The notes beneath the pieces are model-generated. The model did not search any database, was not told where the DNA came from, and saw nothing but the letters and a program-made list of their open reading frames with translations. A stretch of 64,000 nt of DNA from Myxococcales bacterium. Lineage in GTDB: Bacteria > Myxococcota_A > Polyangia > Polyangiales > DASUME01. Location of the stretch: assembly GCA_047601445.1 (NCBI GenBank), contig JASGJH010000001.1, positions 3,360,001 to 3,424,000 on the forward strand, in the 5' to 3' direction. Positions 20,443 through 29,381 of this stretch are shown here, piece after piece; positions within the stretch are counted from its first letter, which is position 1, and every line of letters begins with the position of its first letter. The translations under genes were made by a program, and so were the position numbers.

Positions 20443-21465
20443 CTAGCTGGCCCGCGAGAGCGGCTCGTAGAGCTCGTCCGCGACACGCTGCTCCAGGCTC
20501 TGTACGCGCGGCGTAGCCGCGATGGCCTCCACCACTTTGGTGACCACCTCGCGGTCCCGCAGCACGCGCCGATGCCCCAGGCCCTGGGTCGTGAACAAGT
20601 CTGCGCTCGGCCAATGCCGGAACAGCTCGAGCCCGTGCTCGTACGGCACCTCGCGGTCGTTCCGGTCGTGAACCACAAGCGCGGGAAGCTCGAGCCTCGG
20701 CGTCAGCTGGCGCAGGTCGAAGCCCTCGAAGTTCACGCCGTAGCGCTCTCCGAGGCGAGCCTTCACGCCCTCGAGGGCCGCCCGCGAGAGCTGCAAGGTA
20801 CGCCCGAACTCGGCCAAGAACTCGCGTGGATGGAGCGGGCTCGCGATGGTGATCAGCCGCCTGCCGAAGGACCGCCGCGAGCGCGCGTAGACCGCCGCCG
20901 TGCCGCCCAGTGAATGACCGATCACGGCGTGCACCTCGCCGACCCGCTTCACGATGCCCTCGAGCACCTCGGTGAACTCCATCACCGTGACGCGCGCGGC
21001 CTCGGCGTCGCCGTGCCCAGGTTGGTCCCAGGACACCACGCGAAAGCCCTGCGCCACCAGGGACGCCACGAAGGGCGCCACCTGGCTGCCGCGCCCCTCC
21101 CAGCCGTGCGAGAACAGCACCACGGGCCCTTGCCCCCACGAGTACACCGGCACCCGGTGACCTGCGATGTGCCAGAGCTCGCGCCGCGCCGAAGCCAGCA
21201 CCTGCTGCTCTTCCGGCGGACGACGATGCCTGCGCGGACTCATGAACAGCGGCTCGGCCGCCCGTGCGGAGAGCTTGGGCGACACGAAGTCGAGCACCCG
21301 CAAGAGCCGGCGGACCTGCTGCAGCTGTGGCTCGGCCCGCGCATCCGCCTGGCCAGCAACCGGGGCGCCGCGTTCCGGTCCCTCGGGCGCTCCGCGATGC
21401 TCGACTACTGGCTCCGAATACACTCGACCGTTCGTGCTTTTATTGGAATGCAGTGACGAGTCCAT
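20443..21465 (-). CDS. Alpha/beta hydrolase
   Basis: HGWEG oxyanion loop, GHSLG nucleophile, HDRND, GLGH. Confidence 0.9.
   Translation of the reverse strand: MDSSLHSNKSTNGRVYSEPVVEHRGAPEGPERGAPVAGQADARAEPQLQQVRRLLRVLDFVSPKLSARAAEPLFMSPRRHRRPPEEQQVLASARRELWHIAGHRVPVYSWGQGPVVLFSHGWEGRGSQVAPFVASLVAQGFRVVSWDQPGHGDAEAARVTVMEFTEVLEGIVKRVGEVHAVIGHSLGGTAAVYARSRRSFGRRLITIASPLHPREFLAEFGRTLQLSRAALEGVKARLGERYGVNFEGFDLRQLTPRLELPALVVHDRNDREVPYEHGLELFRHWPSADLFTTQGLGHRRVLRDREVVTKVVEAIAATPRVQSLEQRVADELYEPLSRAS
21425..21438 (-). promoter_or_regulatory. Putative second TetR operator inside the 5' end of the hydrolase gene
   Basis: agcacgaacggtcg (minus strand) resembles the palindrome at 22116-22129. Confidence 0.45.
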
Positions 21466-21494
21466 GACTTCCTCCCGTTCGAAATCACGCGTCC

Positions 21495-22100
21495 TTAGTT
21501 GGAGAGTCGCGGTGCACGGGCGTCAGCCAGCAGGCGCTCGAAGGCGGCCCGCACGCGACGCTCGACGTTGGGGATGCGCAAGAGACGCTTGTGCATCTGA
21601 TAGCTGTCGTAGACACCGTAGGCCTCGAAGGCGAACTGCTCCGGATCCAGGTCAGCTCGGAAGTGACCCTCCTCCTGGGCAATACGCACGGCCTGAGCCA
21701 GCGCTCCCAGCCAATCGCGCTGGGAGGCCACCAGGCGCTCGCGCGCGGGGCCGGGTCGATCGTCGAGCTCAACCGCCGTGGCGAAGAAAATGCAGCCTCC
21801 GGGCATGAACTCTTGTTCGCCCCAGGCAAGCCAGCGTTTCAACAGCGCACGCACACGTGGCTCCCCGCGCGGCTCACGCAGCGCCGGCGAGATCACGAGC
21901 TCTACAAAGCGTCGCACGGCCTCGTCGAGCACGGCGACCTGCAGGTTGTCCTTGGAGCTGAAGTGCGCGAACAGTCCGCTCTTCGACATCCCGACCTTAT
22001 CGGCCAGCACCCCGATGCTGAGGCCGGAAAGGCCCTGCTCGCTCGCAATCCGCAGCGCCTGCTCTACAATGCCTCGACGGGTATCTTCGCCCTTGCCCAT
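21495..22100 (-). CDS. TetR/AcrR family regulator (start ATG 22100 or GTG 22109)
   Basis: GLSGLSIGVLADKVGMSKSGLFAHFSSK HTH; GGCIF C-domain. Confidence 0.93.
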   Translation of the reverse strand: MGKGEDTRRGIVEQALRIASEQGLSGLSIGVLADKVGMSKSGLFAHFSSKDNLQVAVLDEAVRRFVELVISPALREPRGEPRVRALLKRWLAWGEQEFMPGGCIFFATAVELDDRPGPARERLVASQRDWLGALAQAVRIAQEEGHFRADLDPEQFAFEAYGVYDSYQMHKRLLRIPNVERRVRAAFERLLADARAPRLSN

Positions 22101-22107
22101 ACCCGAC

Positions 22108-22137
22108 ACAAATAGAACGACCGGTCGTTTTAGTCAA
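22108..22137 (-). promoter_or_regulatory. Sigma70-like promoter with a palindromic TetR operator (aacgaccggtcgtt, 22116-22129) in the spacer
   Basis: Minus strand reads TTGACT-N17-TATTTG with a perfect 14-bp palindrome between the boxes. Confidence 0.6.
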
Positions 22138-22143
22138 GTGCGC

Positions 22144-22882
22144 TCAACGCGAGCCCAGCAGTACCCCACGCTGGAGCGCCAAGGTGACCCCGGTTGCGAG
22201 CTCCTCGAGCAATGCTTCGTCGAAAACTTTCCCCAATGAATACGCAGACATGCGTACTAGAATCCGCCAGCGACGCCGCGTTGTCGCGACGGGCACATCG
22301 CAGGACTTCGGTGAACAGCGGGTCGGCCGCGTACCAGCGGATGTCGTCGATCTGGGGCGGTCGATAGACCAGCAGGCTGCAGGGCTCCGTGCGGCACGAC
22401 GTGTCCTCGAGTTCGTGCACCCGATGCGACAACGCGAGCTGCTCGAGCGCCGCGTTGAACACGGGGATACCCGCGAAGTCGAACTCCTTGATGCCCGGGG
22501 GCGGCTCCGCCTTGCGGTAGGCCACTCGCCACTTGGCTTCCTCGAAGCGCAGGAGGTCGGCGGCGTAGACCGGACTGTCCGAGAGCAGCTCGGTATCGTC
22601 CACGGCGAACGTTCCGAAGGCGGCGATCACCTCGCGAATGAGCGGACTACGCGGCGGTTGCGCGGCCAAGAAGCGCATGAAGCTGCGCTCGCAGGCCTCG
22701 GTTCCCAGCAGCTCGAAGCTCTTGCGGAAGGCTTGCTTGGCCATCCCGAGGAAGCGGGTCCGAATCATCTGGCGATACATCACGAAGCGCCCGCGATCCT
22801 CGAAGCCCTCGAAGTCTCGCTCGTCGGCCTCGGGCGCGAAGCTGAGCTTCACGAGGGCGCGCTGGTACTCGGCCAGGTTCAC
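22144..22882 (-). CDS. MNIO partner / peptide-modification chaperone (DUF2063, HvfC/BufC-like); apparent +1 frameshift at ~22261
   Basis: Overlaps the DUF692 stop (GTGA). LAEYQRAL..YR..F...PPRSP..F...DLLRFE.A pattern. The corrected tail reads ADLVRM...DEALLEELA...LQRGVLLGSR*. Confidence 0.75.
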
Positions 22883-23751
22883 ACGGCCACCTTGGGAAGC
22901 ACGGACGCCTCTGCCGCTTGGAGCGCGCGCTGATAGATCGCGTCGAGGCGCGTGACCTCGGCGAGCAACTCCGAGAGCGCGGGGAAGTTGTCGTCGCGCT
23001 CGAGCAGGACGGGCAGGCGTCGTCCCAGCTTGCCCATGGTGTACTCGAACAACGCGAAGACCTCCTCACACACGGGCTCCGCGTGGGTATCGATGCGAAG
23101 GCCGTCCGGGCGCACCAGGTGCCCTGCCACGTGCAGCTGCACCACGCGCTCCAGCGGGAGTCCATCGATGAAAGCGCGCGGATCGAAACCGTGGTTTTGG
23201 CTGTTCACGAACACGTTGTTCACGTCGAGCAAGAGCTTGGCGTCCGAGCGCTCGAGGACCTCCACCAGGTGCTCGAGCTCGCTCATGCTGCCGCCGGGTG
23301 CATGGGCGTAATAGCTGATGTGTTCGAGGGCGATGGGCACGCCGAGTGCGTCCTGAGCTTGGTGCACGCGGTCGACCACCACATCCACGCATTCGCGGTT
23401 GAAGGGCAACGGCAAGAGGTCGTGAGCGAACACGCCGTCGACGCCCGCGAAGCACAGATGATCGGAGTGCCAGGGAACCTCGAGCTCCGCGAGTAGTCCG
23501 CGCAGCTCACGCAGATCAGCCTGCTCGAAAGGAGCCACGGAACCGAAGGCCATGGTGAGCCCGTGGGTCAGGAGCGGGAAGCGTTCGCGCGCCGTGCCCA
23601 ACATGGTCTCGTAACGTCCCCCGCGCTGGAGGTAGTTCTCGGGATGGATCTCGAGCCAGCGTACGGGCGTGTGCGGGGCCTCGAAGAGCTCCCTAGCCAG
23701 CGCATGTCGCAAGCCGAGCCCGATACCCTCTGCCTTGGTCCCGTGCGCCAC
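22879..23751 (-). CDS. Multinuclear non-heme iron oxidative enzyme (MNIO, DUF692/UPF0276; BufB/HvfB-like)
   Basis: GIGLGLR, EIHPENY, HG, SDHL, DLLPLP, LLDVNN, HVAGH, IDTH, LLERD. Confidence 0.95.
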   Translation of the reverse strand: MAHGTKAEGIGLGLRHALARELFEAPHTPVRWLEIHPENYLQRGGRYETMLGTARERFPLLTHGLTMAFGSVAPFEQADLRELRGLLAELEVPWHSDHLCFAGVDGVFAHDLLPLPFNRECVDVVVDRVHQAQDALGVPIALEHISYYAHAPGGSMSELEHLVEVLERSDAKLLLDVNNVFVNSQNHGFDPRAFIDGLPLERVVQLHVAGHLVRPDGLRIDTHAEPVCEEVFALFEYTMGKLGRRLPVLLERDDNFPALSELLAEVTRLDAIYQRALQAAEASVLPKVAV

Positions 23752-23770
23752 TCGTCTGCCCCTTTCTACT

Positions 23771-23826
23771 GCTCGCTTCGCCCGAGGGCGCGCTTCCTCG
23801 GCTCACGCCCGGGGGCGCGCTTCGAC
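23771..23826 (+). repeat. Dispersed repeat family A (GCTCGCGTCGCCCGAGGGCGCGCTTCG), two degenerate copies
   Basis: gctcgcttcgcccgagggcgcgcttc and gctcacgcccgggggcgcgcttcgac. Confidence 0.75.
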
Positions 23827-23946
23827 CAGTCCGAAAACTAACGCCAAAATTGCAAAAGCGCCGCGACGAACCCGCCACGGCGCCCTCTGCCTACACGAAC
23901 CTAGGTCGTGCTCGTCCGAGCAGCTCCCTGAGGTTCGCTCACCCGA

Positions 23947-24201
23947 TCACTTGGACGCGCCGCAGCTGCCACCGCCGCAGGACGACTCGCCGCCACCCTC
24001 GGCCGGAGCTGCGCCCTCGGCCGGAGCCGTGCCCTCGGCCGGAGCGGCCGCACCACCACAGGATTGCTCGGCACCACTCGCGGCCTCGGCGGCCTCACCA
24101 GCGGCGGGCTCGGCAGCCTTCTTGGCACAGCCACCGACCAGGCTCAGTCCCAGGGTCGCCGCTGCCATCGTCAGAACCTGTGCACGCAACTTGGAATCCA
24201 T
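23947..24201 (-). CDS. Putative MNIO RiPP precursor; small lipoprotein with three S-C-G motifs
   Basis: ggagagg RBS; signal with lipobox LVGG-C25; EQSCGG and ESSCGGGSCG; APAEG x3; directly upstream of DUF692. Confidence 0.85.
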   Translation of the reverse strand: MDSKLRAQVLTMAAATLGLSLVGGCAKKAAEPAAGEAAEAASGAEQSCGGAAAPAEGTAPAEGAAPAEGGGESSCGGGSCGASK

Positions 24202-24263
24202 GATGTTTTCCTCTCCTGTGGACGGCTCGTTCGGACTGAACGGAGCCGTCTTGGTGTCGTGAC

Positions 24264-24290
24264 TACGCGTCGAAGGCGGGCCGAGTTACA
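24264..24290 (-). promoter_or_regulatory. Putative ECF sigma promoter (TGTAAC-N17-CGTA) upstream of the RiPP precursor
   Basis: Minus strand tgtaac-tcggcccgccttcgacg-cgta resembles the SigF/ECF16 consensus GTAACC-N16-CGAA. Confidence 0.55.
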
Positions 24291-24467
24291 AACAATCGAT
24301 TGCGGAACTCAGAAATCGAGCGCACGCGCTCGCAACGTCCCCAACGGTGCGCCGCACGATAGCAAACAGGTTTTTGGATGGAAACAAAGAAAACTCAGGT
24401 GCGGGCTAGCCCTGCCCGGGGTACCTTCCGGTGCTCGAGCTTGCGTATCCAAAGGACATATTTCTTC

Positions 24468-24572
24468 GCTCGCGCGCCCGAGGGCGCGCTTCGACCGAAC
24501 GAGTTCGTTGGGCGTGTTCTCGAGCAGCCTCAGCCACTTCTCTGCTCGCGTCGCCCGAGGGCGCGCTTCGAC
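24468..24572 (+). repeat. Repeat family A, two copies (24468-24495 and 24541-24572)
   Basis: cgcccgagggcgcgcttcgac core in both copies. Confidence 0.8.
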
Positions 24573-24580
24573 TTGAAACG

Positions 24581-25414
24581 ATGAAACGTCCTGCCGCCGT
24601 ACCCAGCGATAAATCCCCCGTCGAGAGGTTGATCGGGCTCTGCATGTGGGCTCCAGGCGTGACCTGGTTGTCGAGCATGATGAGCACCATGATGCTCGTG
24701 CAGCGCTTCGTGCCCTCCGATCGCATCGAGTGGCTCACGCGCACGTACACGCGCGGCCAGGTCTTGCTCACGGGCTCCCGGCTCCACTACCACGTGCATC
24801 CGGCGGTGGATCCCAAACAGGTCTACATGTTCGCGCAGAACCACGTGAACATGCTCGACCACTGCACTTGCTACAACGGCACGCCGCACTTCAAGCAAGG
24901 CATCGAACTGGCCGCGCACTTCGACGTGCCGTTCTACGGCTGGTTCATGCGTCAGCGCGGCACCATCCCGGTCTATCGCGATGCCAAGGACGGCGTGCGC
25001 AAGCTCATCGAGGGAGTGAAGGCGGAGACCGAGCGCGGACACTCCATCCTCGTGTTCCCCGAGGGCACCCGCACGCGCAGCGGTCGCGTGGGGAAGTTCA
25101 ATAGCGGCGTGTTCCGCGTGGCGCACTCGCTGGGCTTGCCCATCGTGCCCACCGCCGTCACCGGGATGTTCGAGGTGATGCGCACGGGCGAGCCGTTCAT
25201 CAATCCGGGCCTCGACGTGAACGTCTACTTCGACGAGCCCATCCCGACGCGTGGGGTCCCCGAATCCGAGCTACCTTCCATCATCGAGCGCACCCAGGCC
25301 GCGGTGACCAAGCGTGTCGATGCGTACTATGCCGCGCGCGGTGGCTATCCCGAGTTGATCCCCACCGAAGACGCACCCGAGCCCGAAAAGCCTCAAACCT
25401 CGCGAGCATCATGA
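24581..25414 (+). CDS. Lysophospholipid acyltransferase (PlsC family)
   Basis: NHVNMLD (HxxxxD) and FPEGTRT motifs. The upstream ORF extension runs through repeats, so ATG 24581 was chosen. Confidence 0.9.
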   Translation: MKRPAAVPSDKSPVERLIGLCMWAPGVTWLSSMMSTMMLVQRFVPSDRIEWLTRTYTRGQVLLTGSRLHYHVHPAVDPKQVYMFAQNHVNMLDHCTCYNGTPHFKQGIELAAHFDVPFYGWFMRQRGTIPVYRDAKDGVRKLIEGVKAETERGHSILVFPEGTRTRSGRVGKFNSGVFRVAHSLGLPIVPTAVTGMFEVMRTGEPFINPGLDVNVYFDEPIPTRGVPESELPSIIERTQAAVTKRVDAYYAARGGYPELIPTEDAPEPEKPQTSRAS

Positions 25415-27187
25415 CCACGGTTCGCAAGACGCGTCCCCGCAAAACTTCCCCCGCCACCACCAAGCTCAGCGGCGCCAAACGCACCAAAAAGGCGCGCAGC
25501 AAGCAGAGCTCCGAGAACAAGACCCTCGGGCTGCGCAACAAGGGCCCGCGCGAGCTCGACTCTGGACACGCGCGACGCCTCTTGCGCGCCATGGAGCAGG
25601 AGCTCACGCGCCAGATCCGCGGGCTGCGTCAGCCTGGCGAGCCGCCGCCGTTCTTCCTCTCGTATTTGCTGCACGCCAAGGAAGGCTTGAGCGTGTGGGG
25701 CCGCTACGGTTCCGTGTTCCGCTCCGAGCCGCAGCGCGACACCGATCTCTACGCCGAAGTGCGCGTGGGCTCGCATCGCCTGGACAACACCATCGACGGC
25801 GGCATCACCTCCGACCCTTCGCAGCGACAGTCGCTCAACTGGGTCGAGGGCCCCGAGGATCTCGATCCCGAGGTACTGCGCTACGCGCTCTGGAAGCTGA
25901 CCCAGCACAAGTACGACGAGGCGCTGCAGGAGTACTACGAGAAGAAGAAGATCCTCGTGGAGCAGCAACTGCCCATGGGTGGCAAGAGCTTCTCCAGTGA
26001 GCCGCAGCTCAAGCACTTCGACCAGGTGAAGCCGGTGGTGTTCCCCAAGGCACGCTGGGAGCGCTTCGTGCGCGAAGCCAGCGGGCTGTTTCGGGCCTAC
26101 CGCTACATGCTCGACCCTTACGTGCAGATCCGTGGGCTCAACAAGGTCCGCATCTTCGCCAACTCGGAGGGCACCCGCTTCATCTGCCAGGACACCTACT
26201 ACGAGATGTCGTTGCAGGCATGGCTGCTCGGGGACGACGGTGTGCACCTGGAGACCACGCGCACGTTCTACGGGCGTGATCCGGATTCGCTGCCGACGCT
26301 CAAGCAGGTGGCCAAGGCCGTCGACGAGATGGCGCGAGAGCTCAAGGATTCTCAAGCACAGCAAGCCGCTCGACCCCTACGCGGGCCCGGCGCTGCTGTC
26401 TGGGTTCGCCAGCGGTCTCATCTTCCACGAGGCCATCGGGCATCGTCTGGAAGGCGAGCGCATGGGCTCGCGCAGCGAAGGACACACCTTCGCCTCCAAG
26501 ATCGGCCAGCGCATCCTGCCGGTCGAAGTCGACATCGTAGACGACCCCACGCTCACCGAATTCGCCGGCAAGCCGTTGCACGGCGCCTACAGGGTCGACG
26601 ACGAGGGCGTGCGCGCGCAGCCCGCAGAGCTCGTGAAGGACGGTGTCCTCAAGAACTTCTTGATGAGCCGCCAGCTGGTGGAGGGCTTCAAGCAGTCCAA
26701 CGGCCACGGACGACACGAGCGCTTCCAGGATCCCATGGCGCGCATGGCAAACTTGATCGTGAGCGCGCGCGAGCCGAAGACCTGGGAGGAGCTGAAGCGC
26801 ATGCTGTGCGAGGAGACCCTGCGGCGCGGCCTGCCCTACGGCATCATCATCCGCGGCGTTTCCGCCGGCGAGACCCGCACCGACCAATACGACTTCCAGG
26901 CCTTCAAGGGCGTCCCTACCGCCGTCTACACGGTGGATCCCAAGACCGGCAAGGAGACCCGTGTGCGCGACGTGACCTTCATCGGCACGCCGCTCGCGGT
27001 GATTCAGCGCATCCTCGGCTTCGGCGATACGCCCGACGTGGACAACAGCTACTGCTACGCCGAGAGCGGCGCGGTCCCGGTGGCCACCGTGGCCCCGGCG
27101 ATGCTCGTGGGCGAGCTCGAGCTGCAGCGGGCGAGCACGCGTCGGTATCGTCCGGCCCGCCTGGCGATGCCACCCATGCGCCCCTGA
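25411..27187 (+). CDS. TldD/PmbA family metalloprotease; apparent +1 frameshift at ~26349
   Basis: FHEAIGHRLE (HExxxH), DDPT, DDEGV, SNGHGR, RMANL. Frames join as ELKDLKHSKP after removing one T. Confidence 0.88.
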
Positions 27188-27193
27188 GCGGGG

Positions 27194-27292
27194 GCTCGCG
27201 TCGCCCGAGGGAGCGCTTCGGCCGTTCTGCTCGCGTAGCCCGAGGGCGCGCTTCGGCCGTTCTGCTCGCGTCGCCCGAGGGCGCGCTTCGGC
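27194..27292 (+). repeat. Repeat family A, three tandem copies with 35-nt period
   Basis: Units start at 27194, 27229 and 27264; near-identical with no unique spacers. Confidence 0.9.
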
Positions 27293-27319
27293 TCCAGGCG
27301 TCAGGCCGCGACGTGGCTG

Positions 27320-27646
27320 CTAGGCGCTCGGCTGGTCGAAGTAGCGCTGCACCAGGTCTTTGATGGTGGCGAGTTCGACATCGGCGACCTTGCCGTCGGC
27401 GCGGGCGAGCGCGATGGCCTCGCGCAAAAACATCTTGATGCACTCTTCGGGCAGACGCGTGTCGATCGGCGGAGGCCCGGAACGCATCCATTCCTCGAGC
27501 TCGGAAAACCCGACCGACCCGTGCGCCATGCGCGTGAGCAGATCGAGGAGCTGTTCGTACTCCGCGGTGCTTACTTCCCCGTCTGACCGAGCCACCACAC
27601 AGCACATCGCGAGCAGCGCGCGACGCTGGGGTCTATTGAGCTCCAT
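27320..27646 (-). CDS. TerB-family (tellurite resistance-like) protein
   Basis: Twin motifs ARSDGEVSTAE and ARADGKVADVE. Confidence 0.75.
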   Translation of the reverse strand: MELNRPQRRALLAMCCVVARSDGEVSTAEYEQLLDLLTRMAHGSVGFSELEEWMRSGPPPIDTRLPEECIKMFLREAIALARADGKVADVELATIKDLVQRYFDQPSA

Positions 27647-27849
27647 ATGGGTGATCACAGCGTGCCGAACGGTAACGGTCAAGGGTATCCACAGGGGCGC
27701 ACGATGTTCTTACCTACGCCCAGCACGCACCACAGGGCCGAGGGGCGTCGGGACCGGGTCGACAGCCAAGGGGCAGCCGGTGTGGTCCTCCGGGGAGCCC
27801 TGAGCTATGACTCGGCCGCGCGGCCGATTTCCGGGCGTTTTCACGAGAC

Positions 27850-28984
27850 ATGTACAGCGACTACGACACGATGCGCACCATGCTGCGGCTGGCCAACAGC
27901 CCGGCGACGTTTTCCCTGCGCCGCGCGCTGTTTGCCGACGGGCTGGTCTCGCTGGTGGCGAGCATCGGGGCCCTCAACCGGGTGGCGGAGCGCATCGATG
28001 AGCGGCTCTACCCCGAGTACCACCAGCAGCCGGTGGGCAAGCCCATCTACATCGTGGCGGCTCCCCGCTCGGGCACCACGTTTCTGCACCGGCTGATGTC
28101 GCGGGACCCCCAGTTCACCACCTTCAAGATGCTGGAGACCTTCTTCCCGACCATCACGGGTCAGAAGGTCATCGAGCGGGTGACGCGGGTGAATGGGCGC
28201 GTGGGGGGGGCCCTGAACCGCCTCACGGAGCTCATCGACAGCTCGTCCTTTGGGGCCTGGGAGGGCATCCACGACACCGGGCTGAACCAGGACGAGGAAG
28301 ACGAGGCCATCTGGGCCATGGCCTTCGCCACGCCGGCCATCTGGCTGGTGCTGCCCTACCCCGAGCGCTTCGCCCACCTACGCTTCATCGACAAGCTGCC
28401 GGAAGACAAGAAGCGGAAGCTCATCGCCTACTATCGCGGGGTGGTGCAGCGGCACCTCCACCTGCGCCCGGGCAAGACCCTGCTGGCCAAGAACGTGCTC
28501 TTGCCGGGCCGCTTCGAGATCGTGACCGGGGCCCTGCCCGACGCGCGCTTCGTGCACGTGCTGCGTCACCCCTACGAGGCCCTGCCCTCGATGCTGAGCC
28601 TGTTCACGGTGCCCTGGCGCTGGCATTCCCCGGAGGTGCGCCCGGACGGCCCCGAGGCGCGCGCTTTGACCGAACTCACCATCGACTACTACCGATTCCT
28701 ACACAGCCAGAGCCTCGAGAGTGAGCGCCAGCGCAAGCGGCAGTTCTTCAACGTGACCTACAACGACCTGCTGGCCGACCCGATGAAGACGGTCGAGCAG
28801 ATCTGACGATCGCTTCGAGCTGCCCTTCACGGACGCGCTCAAGCAGGACCTGGGTCGGGAGGTCGCCCAACAGCGGCGGTTCCGCAGCGACCACAAGTAC
28901 AGCCTCGCGCAGTTCGGGCTGACCAAGGACTACGTGTACGAGCAGCTCAAGGAGCTGTTCGAGCACTACGGCTTCTCGCGCTGA
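27850..28984 (+). CDS. Sulfotransferase (PAPS-dependent); apparent +1 frameshift at ~28805
   Basis: 5'-PSB PIYIVAAPRSGTTFLH; 3'-PB RHPYEALPS. Removing one G gives IYDRFELPF...HKYSLAQFGL...YGFSR*. Confidence 0.88.
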
Positions 28985-29030
28985 AGGCCACGGGCGTGCC
29001 TCGCGGTGGGCCCCGGCGCCGCGACGGACC

Positions 29031-29050
29031 GGGAGGTCGCGTGACCTCCC
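29031..29050. repeat. Repeat family B, copy 3
   Basis: gggaggtc-gcgt-gacctccc hairpin between convergent genes. Confidence 0.75.
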
Positions 29051-29054
29051 CGCG

Positions 29055-29165
29055 TTACAAACAAGCCAGCAGGATGGCGGCGCCGAGGGCCAGCCAGGGA
29101 GCCGCGCGCTCGAGGGGCGTGTGGGGCTGAAACCAGTCTTCGTCCCAGGTATCCATCTGCTTCAT
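29055..29165 (-). CDS. Small 36-aa membrane peptide (MKQMDTWDEDWFQPHTPLERAAPWLALGAAILLACL)
   Basis: GGAGG RBS, GC-rich codon third positions, C-terminal hydrophobic helix. Below the ORF-track cutoff. Confidence 0.5.
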   Translation of the reverse strand: MKQMDTWDEDWFQPHTPLERAAPWLALGAAILLACL

Positions 29166-29381
29166 GCGGAGGCCTCCAGCAGGGGTTTCGCGCGACGGTC
29201 GCGCGGCTCAGGACGCGCGACCCCGACTAAAGCAGCTCGAGTCGACGAGGTCTGCGAGCGAGCAAACCTTTGACGTCGAGTTCGGCGTTATCGTCACGCG
29301 TGCGCGCAGGATTCGCCAGAATTCGGCAGCCGAGGTGACCTGGCTTGGTGTGCCGGCCCACGCTCCCTGGCGCGCGCACGC

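Noticed and set aside
24431..24580. N-terminal extension of the acyltransferase ORF
   Set aside because: It translates through family-A repeats; ATG 24581 is the more plausible start.
27194..27292. Three 35-nt direct repeats resembling a mini CRISPR array
   Set aside because: Units are contiguous with no unique spacers, no cas genes are present, and the same motif is dispersed elsewhere.
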